Shown: positions 37,251 through 48,160 of the stretch, in pieces
How the letters are laid out: each line of letters opens with the position of its first letter
How positions within the stretch are numbered: the first letter of the stretch is position 1
From: Bacteroidota bacterium
GTDB taxonomy: Bacteria > Bacteroidota > Ignavibacteria > Kryptoniales > JAKASW01
Reading direction: 5' to 3'
DNA length: 64,000 nt
Assembly: GCA_021789975.1 (NCBI GenBank)
Contig: JAJYIT010000018.1
Location: 6,290 to 70,289 of the forward strand
Made by a program: the position numbers and the translations under genes
Notes under the pieces: generated by a model
Seen by the model: only the letters and a program-made list of their open reading frames with translations
Told to the model about the DNA's origin: nothing
The model's database searches: none

Positions 37251-38435
37251 TCATCCAAAGAAAGCCTCCCGCTCAAACCTTGCCCTGACTTCCTCTATGC
37301 TGTCACCTCCGAACTTTTCGAGAGCGGCATTTGCCAGGACCGGTGCCACCACATTTTCTGCGACCACCCCGGCAGCAGGCACTGCACAGAAATCAGATCG
37401 TTCTCTTCTGGCTTCCACGGATTTCATTTTCGAGAGGTCGACGCTTCTCAACGGCATCATAAGTGTCGATATCGGCTTCATCGCTGCGCGCAGCCACAGC
37501 GGCTGACCATTTGTCACGCCGCCTTCAAGACCTCCTGCACGGTTAGTCGGCCTGATTATCTTCTTGTTCTTCAGCAGTATTTCATCGTGGACATCGGAGC
37601 CGAACTCAGTCGCGTTCCGGAACCCTTCTCCTATCTCGACTCCTTTTATGGCGTGTATGGACATTAACGCCTGTGCAAGCTGCCCGTCGAGTTTCCTGTC
37701 GAACTCAACATAACTTCCGAGTCCAATCGGCAATCCGCTCACGAATATCTCCACAACTCCGCCGAGTGTATTGCCCAGCTTCTTCGCCCGCTTGATTTGC
37801 TGAATCATTTTGGCAGCGATACCCTTATCGAGACATCTCACTTCTGACTCGTCAGATACGAGAGAAATTTCTTCGGCACCATGCTTCGACTTGATCATCC
37901 GCTCCAACATGGGATCGAGCTTGTCCCTTGTTTTGTAGGCGGCACCTCCTATCGAAAAGACATGACCTCCGATCTTTATTCCCAGCTCTGCGAGAAACTT
38001 CCTCGCGATGGAGCTCAGCGCGACACGCATTGCAGTCTCGCGGGCACTCGCTCGCTCAATTACATTCCTTATATCCTCGTGTTTGTACTTGAATCTGCCT
38101 ACCAGATCTGCATGCCCGGGCCTTGGAATTACAATCTTCTCGATCTCGGCATCGACGGGTTCAACCGCCATCTTGCTTCCCCAATTCTGGAAGTCACGGT
38201 TCCATACTACGAGCGAGATCGGGGAGCCAAGCGTCTTTCCGTGTCTGACACCGGTCAGTATTTTCACCTTATCGGTCTCGATTTTCATCCTGCCGCCCCG
38301 ACCGTATCCCTGCTGCCTTCGATGGAGCTGAACGTTTATGTAATCTGCGCTCAATTCCAAGTTTGACGGAACACCTTCAATGACCCCGACAAGCGCTCTG
38401 CCGTGCGATTCACCGGCGGTAAGTAGTCTCAACAT
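37251..38435 (-). CDS. aroC: chorismate synthase
   Basis: LRLLTAGESHG, GRGGRMKIE, RPGHAD, ERSDFCAVPAAGVV. Confidence 0.95.
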   Translation of the reverse strand: MLRLLTAGESHGRALVGVIEGVPSNLELSADYINVQLHRRQQGYGRGGRMKIETDKVKILTGVRHGKTLGSPISLVVWNRDFQNWGSKMAVEPVDAEIEKIVIPRPGHADLVGRFKYKHEDIRNVIERASARETAMRVALSSIARKFLAELGIKIGGHVFSIGGAAYKTRDKLDPMLERMIKSKHGAEEISLVSDESEVRCLDKGIAAKMIQQIKRAKKLGNTLGGVVEIFVSGLPIGLGSYVEFDRKLDGQLAQALMSIHAIKGVEIGEGFRNATEFGSDVHDEILLKNKKIIRPTNRAGGLEGGVTNGQPLWLRAAMKPISTLMMPLRSVDLSKMKSVEARRERSDFCAVPAAGVVAENVVAPVLANAALEKFGGDSIEEVRARFEREAFFG

Positions 38436-38698
38436 ATTGAACTAAATATAACGAAAGTAATGATAGGCTGCCAAGAGCAAGTGGGGGAGGCAACCGCGCA
38501 AGTTTGCTCTACGACGGCTTAAACGAAACACCGCACGTTTTCATTAAATTCGGGCCTGGAACTTTCTTGCGTGACTTCCAAGTTTATCCTTCGCTTTGTA
38601 TTATTCATTACGAGTCTATTGTTTCAACCGCGGAATAGAAGATGGAATCCGAGCATTTACTCAAAACAAAGATGGAATCTGTTGGAGAGAACCGACTA

Positions 38699-39322
38699 AT
38701 GAAATCAAAATATAGCGTGATCGTCTTCGACCTGGGCAACGTCCTTCTGAACTTCGATTATCAAAGGGTGATTGATGGTTTTGAAAGAGTCGAGAGCGGG
38801 ATCGGATTCAAGTTTGCCGACTACTACAGGCAAAATTATGACGTCCACCGGAAGTTCGAACGCGGCGATTACTCGGCAAAACAGTTCACTGAAATCATGC
38901 TCCGGTTGCTCGACGACAAAGTTGGCGAAGAGCAATTCTACAGGATATACTCGGAGATCTTCACACCGAACAATGAGCTTGTCGATGTTCTTCCCGTTTT
39001 GAAGGAACACTACAAGCTGGTTATCATGTCGAATACGAATTCAATCCACTACCAGTACGGCTGGAAAGATTTCGATTTCATTAAGCACTTCGATAAAATG
39101 ATATTGTCATACCAGGTGGGTGCCGTGAAACCTGAGAATGGAATTTACAGGGCCGTGGAGACTTATACCGGTGCCCCGCCATCGGAGCACTTTTACACAG
39201 ACGACATCTTAGAGTACGTCTCGGCGGCACGCCGGCTTGGGTGGGATGCCGCCCAATTCGTCGACAACCCGAGATTATTCTCGGAATTCGAGAAGCGCGG
39301 AATTATTTTCAGGAGAGAGTAA
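38699..39322 (+). CDS. HAD-superfamily hydrolase (subfamily IA)
   Basis: VIVFDLGNVLL (DxG/DxD motif I), MSNTN (motif II), and a C-terminal DD motif (FYTDDILEYV). Confidence 0.8.
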   Translation: MKSKYSVIVFDLGNVLLNFDYQRVIDGFERVESGIGFKFADYYRQNYDVHRKFERGDYSAKQFTEIMLRLLDDKVGEEQFYRIYSEIFTPNNELVDVLPVLKEHYKLVIMSNTNSIHYQYGWKDFDFIKHFDKMILSYQVGAVKPENGIYRAVETYTGAPPSEHFYTDDILEYVSAARRLGWDAAQFVDNPRLFSEFEKRGIIFRRE

Positions 39323-39528
39323 GACTTACTGCGGAGTAAGCGCGGCGGGGATAGCAATTAGATTCCGGATTTCGCCACGCTTCCTAAAGCACGTCGTGAA
39401 ATTCCAAACAAGCCATTTCCTTTCATCTTCACTGCGGCATTGTGAAAAATGAAGGCGGGTGTTTGCTGCTTTCCAGGCGTTTGGTTTAGTTCAAAATTTT
39501 TAGTTACTTAGTTTATCAAATCGAAAGG

Positions 39529-40539
39529 ATGTTCAAAAAAATGAAAACGTATGATGTGGCTGTTGTGGGAGCCACAGGACTCGTCGGACGAAAGATGACA
39601 CAGGTGCTTGAGGAGCACAATTTTCCGGTAAACACACTGCTTCCGCTGGCATCGAAAAGATCCGTCGGCAAGGAAATCGATTTCAAAGGTGAAAAGATAA
39701 AAGTAAAAGAATTAACGCCTGACAGCTTCAATGGCGTAGAGATAGCTCTCTTTTCGGCCGGAGCGAATGTTAGCAAACAGTTCGCGCCGATCGCAGCCAA
39801 AGCAGGGACGGTAGTTATCGACAACAGCAGTGCATGGCGCATGGATCCCGAGATACCTCTCGTCGTGCCGGAAGTAAACAGGACGGACATATTCAAGCAT
39901 CACGGCATCATCGCAAATCCAAACTGTTCCACGATACAGATGGTGGTTGTGCTTAAGCCGCTCCACGACAGGTATAGGATTAAGAGAGTCGTCGTCTCAA
40001 CTTATCAATCTGTGACCGGCGCCGGCCAGAGAGGGGTCGATCAGTTGGATGAAGAGCTTGGGAAGAAGCAGGGTCATACGGAGAAGTTCCCGCACAAGAT
40101 TGCATTCAACTGCCTTCCGCACATCGACGTATTCCGGGAAGACGGATACACGAAGGAAGAATTCAAGATGATTTTCGAAACCACGAAGATCATGCATGAC
40201 GACTCGATCAAAGTGAGCCCGACCTGCGTGCGAGTGCCCGTTTTTGGCGGACATAGCGAGAGTGTGAACATCGAATTCGAAAACCCCTACCAGATCAAGG
40301 ATGTCTTCGAAATCCTAAGGAAGTCGCCGGGCATTATCGTCGAAGATGATCCCGCGAAGAACGTCTACCCCATGCCGCTCAACGCTTACGACAAAGATGA
40401 GGTGTTTGTCGGCAGGATAAGACGAGACGAGACGGCTCCCAACTCTATCAACATGTGGATAGTTTCCGACAATATCAGGAAAGGCGCCGCCACAAACGCG
40501 GTCCAGATTGCCGAGGAGCTGATAAAGGGAAGAGACTGA
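39529..40539 (+). CDS. asd: aspartate-semialdehyde dehydrogenase
   Basis: VAVVGATGLVG, active-site NPNCSTI, and VPVFGGHSESV. The start could instead be the ATG at 39541. Confidence 0.95.
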   Translation: MFKKMKTYDVAVVGATGLVGRKMTQVLEEHNFPVNTLLPLASKRSVGKEIDFKGEKIKVKELTPDSFNGVEIALFSAGANVSKQFAPIAAKAGTVVIDNSSAWRMDPEIPLVVPEVNRTDIFKHHGIIANPNCSTIQMVVVLKPLHDRYRIKRVVVSTYQSVTGAGQRGVDQLDEELGKKQGHTEKFPHKIAFNCLPHIDVFREDGYTKEEFKMIFETTKIMHDDSIKVSPTCVRVPVFGGHSESVNIEFENPYQIKDVFEILRKSPGIIVEDDPAKNVYPMPLNAYDKDEVFVGRIRRDETAPNSINMWIVSDNIRKGAATNAVQIAEELIKGRD

Positions 40540-40768
40540 TCATTCAAAAGGGCCTATCAGGCACTATCGACTTGTTAGGTCCTCCCCTCTCTTACAAAAT
40601 TCTTCACTTCTAAATATCTAAAACAAGTCCCCCCGATCCACGCGTGACAGCGGGAACCGTTAAACCGGACACATTCTCCGCATGTCAAAGGGAATGATAT
40701 GTTTATCGAAAGAAGACATGGGCTGATTGTCGTCGGCAAAGGTCGACCTTTAACTGTGAGAGTGACGG

Positions 40769-43591
40769 TTGCCTAAGCAATTGCGGTTTTTGATCCTTTT
40801 GCTGGTGTGCCACTCTGCCTTGATCTCCAATTCTCTTGCCCAGTCGTTTACCGTCAAGGGACGGCTTTTAGATGAATCCCGTTCACCTGTTCCGGGCGCG
40901 TTGGTGCGCCTCATCGAAATAAAAGACACAACGCACGTTTACGCGACTTCAAGCAATCTAGACGGTGATTTTCTCTTCACCGGATTGACGAAGCAGGAGT
41001 ACAGGTTGTCGGTTACGGCCGTTGGCAAGAGAACTCTAAAGGTTGCTGTCCGGGCTGGCCAGGAAACTACGGACCTCGGTTCATTGGTCATGTCGGATCA
41101 GCCCATTCCCGTGAAGGGAGTGACCGTGCAGGGGCGGGTACCCCCCGCAGTCCAGGTGGGGGATACTACAAGCTATTCCGCGAAGTCCGTAAGAGTCAAC
41201 GAAGATGCGACCATGGGCGATCTTCTTTCGAAGCTTCCCGGAATTGTTGTGAGCAATGGAACGGTAACCGTCGGTGGTGAACAGGTCCAGCAGGTATTGA
41301 TCGACGGCAGGCCATATTTCGGCCAGGATCCAACCATCGCTTTGACCAACATTCCCGCAAACCTGGTCGACAGAATCCAGGTATATGACCAGCAGAGCGA
41401 CCAGTCAAGATTTACGGGCTTCGATGACGGGAATGATATAAAGACGATCAACATAGTAACACGCAGGCCATTTGGCCGTCAGAGTTTTGGTAAGATCGGT
41501 GGCGGATACGGGGACATCCAGCGTTATACATCTTCTGGGAACGCGAATATTTTCAACGACAACGCGAGAGTCTCACTGATCGGTTCTTCAAACAACGTTA
41601 ATCAGCAGGCATTCTCCACGCAGGACATCCTCGGCGTGATTTCGGCAAACAACAGGATGATCAGGCCGGGGATGGGTGGCATCATGGGCGGGCGAGGCCC
41701 CGCAAGAGCCGCACCGTTCGGCGCTTCAGGGAGTGTGCAGCCCAACAACAACCTCGTCGGACAACAACAGGGGATTAATACTACCAGCATGCTCGGCGTA
41801 AACGGCATGGACAGTCTTGCACACGGCCTTTTTGCCCAGGGAAGCTATTTCTTCAACCGGCTGGGCAATGAAAACCTACAGGTCGATCACCGCATTTATC
41901 TTCTCGGCGGAGAATCTATAAGCCTGTACGATCAAAACAGCAATGTGTCAAGCACCAACTACAACAACAGGTTTTCCGGCCGTATGGATTACTGGCCGGA
42001 TGCATCGAACGGAATTACTGTTCTACCGGTCCTTTACTTTCAATCCAACAACGCCACCGACGTTCTCGGTGCTGTTACTTCGGGAAACGGCCCCGGCCTG
42101 CAATCGAATTCAAACACGAATTCGTTGAACAACGGCTACAACCTCAGCGGACATGTAATTTACCGCCACAGGTTCGATCTCCCCGGCCGTTCCATCTCGC
42201 TTGACTTCGGCATCGGATCGAATCGCAAGCAGACCAATGGCGATCTCTCTTCGTCCGATACGTACTCGGGCGTCGGGGCTGCTCAAAGCGACTCCACAGC
42301 ACAGCACTCGAATTTTCTCTCCAATACGCAAACTGTAAATGCCCGCCTGATATACACAGAGCCGTTTCCGTTCGACGTGAACTCCATGCTGGAATTCTTC
42401 TACGATCCCTCGTACACTGAGAACACTGCAAGCAAGTACACATACAATTTCGATCCTGTCTCCGGCGGATTTACGAACCTCGACATTCCTCTCTCGAACG
42501 CTTACTCGGACAACTACTCAACTCAAAGTGTCGGCTTGGGGTACAGGTGGCGTGGCACCGGCATCAACCTGATGGCAAATGTATCTTATCAGTACTCAAA
42601 TCTTCAGGGATTCGACTCGACAACATCAGGTACAACCATCAACAGGAGGTTCGGCGCCATCTTACCGATGGCCATGCTAATGTATCGAAACCGCGAGGGA
42701 AGGTTCTTGCGTGTCTTCTTCCGAACATATACTACCGCACCTCCCGTCACACAGCTTCAACCTGTCGTCGACAATTCCAATCCGCTGTTGCTGACGACCG
42801 GCAATCCAAACTTGTCTCAATCATACAGCCAAACGCTCATGGCAAGGTACAACCTGACGAGTTTCAGCAGCAGTCAGATGATGTCGTTGTTTCTCTTTGC
42901 AAATCACACAAACGACTACGTAGGCAATGATTACGTGATACCTTCGCGGGACACGATCTTTTCTAACGGCGTTTCAATAGACAAGGGAGCGCAATTAACT
43001 TATCCGGTCAATCTCAACGGGTATTGGAATGTCCGTTCGTTCTTCACCTTCGGCGTTCCATTCGATCTCATAAGCAGTCTATTGAATTTAAACGCAGGGG
43101 TCACCTACTCGCGAACGCCGGGTGTCGTGAACAGCATACAAAGCGTTTCGAACACTATCGGGCCGAGCGCCGGATTCGTTGTCGCAAGCAATATCAGCCG
43201 GGATTTCGACTTCACGGTTTCCTACATGGGCAACTACAACTTTGCCGGGAACACATTGCTGCCGGGTGGAAGTAATAACTACTATTCCCACACCGCTTTC
43301 GTCAACTGGTACTGGCAATTCTGGAATGGGTTCGTACTCGGCAACCAGGTTACCAACGAGATGACCTCCGGTCTGGCTGCCGGGTACAATGAGGACATAG
43401 TTTTGTGGAACGCGAGCATCGGAAAGAAATTTCTGCCGCGTGATGCAGCAGAAATTAAGCTTTCAGTCAATGACCTGCTCGGCCAGAACAAGAACGTGCA
43501 GCGGACGGTTACGGACAGCTATATCGACGACACCAACAACTCGGTGCTGACTCGATACGTGCTGCTGACGTTTTCGTACACTGTTAGATAA
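40769..43591 (+). CDS. outer-membrane beta-barrel protein with an N-terminal carboxypeptidase-regulatory-like domain (TonB-dependent-receptor-like)
   Basis: Signal peptide (LLLVCHSALISNSLAQS), a CarboxypepD_reg-like region (VKGRLLDESRSPVPGALVRL...DGDFLF), a plug-like segment, and a long beta-strand-rich C-terminus ending in an aromatic-rich ...TFSYTVR. Confidence 0.8.
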   Translation: MPKQLRFLILLLVCHSALISNSLAQSFTVKGRLLDESRSPVPGALVRLIEIKDTTHVYATSSNLDGDFLFTGLTKQEYRLSVTAVGKRTLKVAVRAGQETTDLGSLVMSDQPIPVKGVTVQGRVPPAVQVGDTTSYSAKSVRVNEDATMGDLLSKLPGIVVSNGTVTVGGEQVQQVLIDGRPYFGQDPTIALTNIPANLVDRIQVYDQQSDQSRFTGFDDGNDIKTINIVTRRPFGRQSFGKIGGGYGDIQRYTSSGNANIFNDNARVSLIGSSNNVNQQAFSTQDILGVISANNRMIRPGMGGIMGGRGPARAAPFGASGSVQPNNNLVGQQQGINTTSMLGVNGMDSLAHGLFAQGSYFFNRLGNENLQVDHRIYLLGGESISLYDQNSNVSSTNYNNRFSGRMDYWPDASNGITVLPVLYFQSNNATDVLGAVTSGNGPGLQSNSNTNSLNNGYNLSGHVIYRHRFDLPGRSISLDFGIGSNRKQTNGDLSSSDTYSGVGAAQSDSTAQHSNFLSNTQTVNARLIYTEPFPFDVNSMLEFFYDPSYTENTASKYTYNFDPVSGGFTNLDIPLSNAYSDNYSTQSVGLGYRWRGTGINLMANVSYQYSNLQGFDSTTSGTTINRRFGAILPMAMLMYRNREGRFLRVFFRTYTTAPPVTQLQPVVDNSNPLLLTTGNPNLSQSYSQTLMARYNLTSFSSSQMMSLFLFANHTNDYVGNDYVIPSRDTIFSNGVSIDKGAQLTYPVNLNGYWNVRSFFTFGVPFDLISSLLNLNAGVTYSRTPGVVNSIQSVSNTIGPSAGFVVASNISRDFDFTVSYMGNYNFAGNTLLPGGSNNYYSHTAFVNWYWQFWNGFVLGNQVTNEMTSGLAAGYNEDIVLWNASIGKKFLPRDAAEIKLSVNDLLGQNKNVQRTVTDSYIDDTNNSVLTRYVLLTFSYTVR

Positions 43592-43659
43592 TCCGATTGG
43601 GCGACGATTGCCCGACGGACAGGAAAGTCGCAATATGTCAGGGCACAGAAGGGCGGTCC

Positions 43660-45381
43660 CTATTTCCCCTGGCTAGTTCTTATAACAAGGTATACCGTCG
43701 TGATGATTGACGCGACTGCGCCGATCGTACCGATGATCGATTGGGTCAGGGTCCACTCGAAAAGTTCGGGCTTGATACTTACCTTCGGAACGAAAACCAG
43801 ATCACCCGGCATTATGGTGGCACCGTCGCTATTGTACCACTGGAACGTCCCCCCTTTTATGATCTTTACCTTCCCGGTCTCAGAAGCATTAGTGTATCCA
43901 CCGGCTTCTCTAACGTAGTCGGAGTAGTCCCACCCTTTGTGGTAGTTTACGTACCCGGGATATCTTACCTGGCCAAAAACATAAACAGAGTTTCTGTTCG
44001 TGGGCACATAAATGCTGTCGCCGCTGTGAAGCGTGCAATCATATTTCTCTTCTTTATCGACAAATAGTTTTACAAAATCCGTGGATACCTGCTCATGGTC
44101 AAATCTCATCAACAGCTCGTCCCTTATGTACGGAATCTGTTCTATTGTGACTCCGTTTACCTTAGACAAATATGAGAGCGTATCCAAAAGAATGGAGCCG
44201 GCTTGCGGACCACCCGATAGATTTCTTTTCCGAAGAACAACAGCGTTGGAAAGTGAAGCCCGATTGGTAAAACCACCTGCGAGGGCGATCACGGTTGATA
44301 GTTTCGTGGAGTCCCGTGAGATCGGATAGATTCCGGGCATATTTACTTCGCCCGTGACCCAGACGTAGAAATCATTTACCTTCGTCCTGTTCACCGGCAC
44401 GATCACACGCGAGTTTGCCGGGAGCGGGGCATTGAGTACGGAGGAGTCCTGAAGACCGACCGTCTTTTCATCATATGACTTTCCATTCCAGGTTAGGACT
44501 TTGACATGAGCCGTGTCGGCGAGTTCCGTCAACCCTGCCGACAATTCCAGAAGGTCTTTCATCCGATCGCCGCGCACGTACTCAAAATTTCCGGGCATCC
44601 TGACTGCACCGGAGATGCTTATGCTGCCGGAAGAAAAATCTTCGCTCGGAACCACTATTGCATCTCCTTCCTGCAAGTACGGATCATCGGAGAGATTTCC
44701 AGTTGTGTAAAATTTTAGCAGGTCTACGTTCTGAACTTTTCCATCGCTATGGACAAGTTTTATTCTCCTCAAAGAAAAGTTCGGGAGTGCGCCGACAGTA
44801 TCTATTCTTCCCATGCTGAGGTTGGCGAGCGTGAATGCGCGGTCGACACGATCGAACGATGTGACAACATACCTTCCGGGATGCTCGACGGTGCCCCCGA
44901 CCATTACGTAGAACGACCTCGGATAGATCAGAGTGAGCGTGATCCCGGAGTTCTTAAATTGCTTGCTCAGTGTTTTACTGGCAAAAGCCTTAGCATTCGC
45001 GAGAGTCATCCCACCAATCTTCAAGACACCAAAGGTCGGTATGATAATCGAACCTTCAGGGGTGATGCTGACGTTGTATGAGATCGGCGTTGCACCCCAA
45101 ATGCCGAGATTAACGATGTCGCCGGGTCCGAGCACATAGCTGTTTGAATCTACAGATCGATCATATGGCGGTGGTTGCACAAGCATTCCCTGTGACTGAA
45201 GGTTTCTGAAGAAGTCAGCGCTGCTTGTGAACATATTCCCGGTGAGAGACGGCATCTGTATGGACTGCGATGTCGGCTGCTCGCTCCCCGTCTGCTGCTG
45301 TTGGCGTTGTGGGAGGAATTGTGCCACTGAAGCCCCGGCACTCATAGAGAATGCGAGCGCGAATAAGATTGCGTTTTTCAT
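43660..45381 (-). CDS. polysaccharide export protein (Wza-like, SLBB domains)
   Basis: Signal peptide, YVLGPGDIV, repeated SLBB-like modules (V.V.G.V..PG.Y), and a C-terminal TM helix. Confidence 0.8.
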   Translation of the reverse strand: MKNAILFALAFSMSAGASVAQFLPQRQQQQTGSEQPTSQSIQMPSLTGNMFTSSADFFRNLQSQGMLVQPPPYDRSVDSNSYVLGPGDIVNLGIWGATPISYNVSITPEGSIIIPTFGVLKIGGMTLANAKAFASKTLSKQFKNSGITLTLIYPRSFYVMVGGTVEHPGRYVVTSFDRVDRAFTLANLSMGRIDTVGALPNFSLRRIKLVHSDGKVQNVDLLKFYTTGNLSDDPYLQEGDAIVVPSEDFSSGSISISGAVRMPGNFEYVRGDRMKDLLELSAGLTELADTAHVKVLTWNGKSYDEKTVGLQDSSVLNAPLPANSRVIVPVNRTKVNDFYVWVTGEVNMPGIYPISRDSTKLSTVIALAGGFTNRASLSNAVVLRKRNLSGGPQAGSILLDTLSYLSKVNGVTIEQIPYIRDELLMRFDHEQVSTDFVKLFVDKEEKYDCTLHSGDSIYVPTNRNSVYVFGQVRYPGYVNYHKGWDYSDYVREAGGYTNASETGKVKIIKGGTFQWYNSDGATIMPGDLVFVPKVSIKPELFEWTLTQSIIGTIGAVASIITTVYLVIRTSQGK

Positions 45382-45537
45382 ATCGTCCGGTGTTGTTGAT
45401 TGTTAGAGATTTATAATAGTAAGAAAGAAATCGCCTTTACTCAAGGTACTTCTCTCGCAGAATACTCTGCAGCGAACAGAGTAAATGATGTTGCAAACAC
45501 ATATATTTAAACCAGCAAAAAGCTGCGTAGCACCCAA

Positions 45538-45876
45538 ATGTTTGAACACAAAACAGACCCGCTTCTGCCCAGGCCCAAGTTTTTAAGACGTGTCGCGAAG
45601 CACGGGCTCATTGCAATTATGATCATTGCCTTTTCACTGGGAATCGGCATAGTGGGTTATCACTGCCTTGTCGGTCTCGGCTGGATTGATTCAACGCTGA
45701 ACGCTTCGATGATTCTCGGAGGCATGGGCCCGGTGGACCCCATTCCCAATGCGGCAGGGAAACTCTTTGCGTCCGCTTATGCCTTGTTCTCGGGAATCAT
45801 CTTTCTTGTTGCCGTCGGCGTGCTCGGTGCACCTCTCATCCACCGGTTCCTTCACAAGTTCCATCTGGATAAATAA
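45538..45876 (+). CDS. small 2-TM membrane protein with K+-channel-like pore-loop topology (degenerate filter)
   Basis: TM1 (LIAIMIIAFSLGIGIVGY), then WIDSTLNASMILGGMGPVDPIPNAAGKLF, then TM2 (ALFSGIIFLVAVGVLG). LGGMGP occupies the position of TVGYGD. Confidence 0.45.
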   Translation: MFEHKTDPLLPRPKFLRRVAKHGLIAIMIIAFSLGIGIVGYHCLVGLGWIDSTLNASMILGGMGPVDPIPNAAGKLFASAYALFSGIIFLVAVGVLGAPLIHRFLHKFHLDK

Positions 45877-45927
45877 CCCGGGACTCGAAAACTCAAACGT
45901 CAATTTTCAATTCAAGGAGTTCATCTA

Positions 45928-47610
45928 ATGAGCAAAGACTTAAATAAACATAGCGCAAATCTCACACAGAAGACTTCACAGGTTGCCTCGCGCGCCATGC
46001 TCTACGGTGTCGGCTTGAAAGACGAGGACATGAGCAAACCGCAGGTAGGAATAGCCAGCATGGGCTGGGAAGGAAATACCTGCAACATGCATCTGAACGA
46101 TCTGGCGAAACTCGTTAAGCAAGGAGTTCAGGAAGCAGGGATGGTTGGCCTCATCTTCCACACGATCGGCGTCAGCGACGGTATTTCCATGGGAACCGAA
46201 GGCATGAAGTCATCGCTTCCTTCAAGGGAGATCATTGCAGACTCGATCGAGGCAGTTATGCGGGCACAGTGGTACGACGCCAACGTATCGCTGCCCGGCT
46301 GCGACAAGAACATGCCGGGGAGTGTAATGGCGATGGCGAGAGTGAACCGCCCAAGTCTCATGATCTACGGCGGAACAATCAGGGCTGGGCACTGGGGTGG
46401 TAGGAAACTGGACATAGTCTCCGTTTTCGAATCCTACGGGGAGTATATCGCCGGCAATATAAAAGAATCTGAAATGAACGAAGTTGTGAAGCATGCCTGC
46501 CCGGGACCGGGAGCATGCGGCGGAATGTACACCGCTAACACCATGGCTACCGCAATCGAAACACTTGGGATGTCTCTCCCCTACAGTTCTTCTCTTCCCG
46601 CAGACAGCGAGGCAAAAAGGAAGGAGTGCAGCGCGGTGGGACGAGCGGTTCTAAATTTGCTCGAGAAAGATTTGAAGCCGAGAGACATCATGACGAAGCA
46701 ATCGTTCATCAATGCCATCACCATGGTGACAGCGCTCGGCGGATCGACGAACGCGGTGCTCCACCTGATCGCAATCGCGAAAGCTGCCGGGGTGAAGCTG
46801 ACTATTAAGGACTTCCAGGAGGTCAGCAACCGCGTACCTTACATCGCGGAGCTGAAACCGAGCGGGAAATTTGTCATGGAGGATGTTAACGACATCGGCG
46901 GAGTTCCCGCTGTGCAACGAATGCTGCTCAAGGAGGGTTTGCTCGACGGAAACTGTATGACGGTAACGGGGAGAACTCTCGGAGAGAACATCGAGAAAGT
47001 CGCGGACCTTGCGGCAGGGCAAAAGATTGTTCACTCTCTTTCCGATCCGATAAAGAAAACAGGCCATCTCCAGATACTTTACGGAAATCTCGCGAAGGAA
47101 GGCGCCGTTGCGAAGATCACCGGAAAGGAGGGTCTGGTATTTTCCGGCCCGGCAAAGGTGTATAATTCGGAAGAGGAGACTCTCGCGGCACTTGAAAGGA
47201 AAGAGATAGTCTCCGGCGACGTAGTCGTTATCAGATACGAGGGGCCGAAAGGGGGACCAGGGATGAGGGAGATGCTCACGGTGACATCGGCAATCATGGG
47301 CGCCGGCCTTGGCAAGAGCGTGGCCCTCATTACCGACGGAAGATTCTCCGGAGGGACACACGGCTTCGTGGTCGGACACATCACGCCCGAAGCACAAGCT
47401 GGTGGAGTACTTGCTGTTGTGGAAAACGGCGATAGGATCACGATCGATGCAGAAAAGAACACGATGACGCTCGAAGTACCCGAGAACATCATCGAAGACA
47501 GGTCGAAGAAGTGGAAGGCCCCCGCGTATAGAGTTACAAGTGGAATGCTTTACAAGTATATCAAGTTGGTTTCATCGGCTTCGGAGGGATGTGTAACCGA
47601 CCAAGGATGA
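45928..47610 (+). CDS. ilvD: dihydroxy-acid dehydratase
   Basis: [36 protein letters not shown]. Confidence 0.95.
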   Translation: MSKDLNKHSANLTQKTSQVASRAMLYGVGLKDEDMSKPQVGIASMGWEGNTCNMHLNDLAKLVKQGVQEAGMVGLIFHTIGVSDGISMGTEGMKSSLPSREIIADSIEAVMRAQWYDANVSLPGCDKNMPGSVMAMARVNRPSLMIYGGTIRAGHWGGRKLDIVSVFESYGEYIAGNIKESEMNEVVKHACPGPGACGGMYTANTMATAIETLGMSLPYSSSLPADSEAKRKECSAVGRAVLNLLEKDLKPRDIMTKQSFINAITMVTALGGSTNAVLHLIAIAKAAGVKLTIKDFQEVSNRVPYIAELKPSGKFVMEDVNDIGGVPAVQRMLLKEGLLDGNCMTVTGRTLGENIEKVADLAAGQKIVHSLSDPIKKTGHLQILYGNLAKEGAVAKITGKEGLVFSGPAKVYNSEEETLAALERKEIVSGDVVVIRYEGPKGGPGMREMLTVTSAIMGAGLGKSVALITDGRFSGGTHGFVVGHITPEAQAGGVLAVVENGDRITIDAEKNTMTLEVPENIIEDRSKKWKAPAYRVTSGMLYKYIKLVSSASEGCVTDQG

Positions 47611-48160
47611 GCTTGCGAGTCCCTTGCGGAACCTCGGTAATTTCCGCGAGTGATTGAGTCGAGGCAATAATTCCTTCAAATCGAGTCATCATCGAGAGAT
47701 CTTGAAATCTCATCGATGCCGGTTTCCAACAAAGGGAGAGGCTTATCCGAGACGTGAATGCAAGAGTGAATCGAGCGAAAATGGTGTGACGGATTTCGTT
47801 CACTGATCGGGGTCAATGTAACTGCCGGTAGTGGTTCTTCGTCTGAGACTCCTTCCGTATGGGTTATTAATGCTGCTCGCTTTTTTTACAGAATTCGCGC
47901 GCGATAGCATCGCTCCCTGAATCTCCTGCCGAACAATGGACATGTTTTATGCTGTCGTCCATGTCATTCCTGAACCTGTACATCACGATGTGATCCATGT
48001 GACAGTGGTTATCAATCGATTTGCAATTCACGATTCAGTGTCACATTTTGATTCCGTCGAACAGTTTAAGGAGTGATTCTTCCATTCCTGACATTGCGCA
48101 ACCCGGGGCAGGCATAAAGAGCCCGACAATACAGAAAAGAGGCATAGGAACCCTTCAGCC

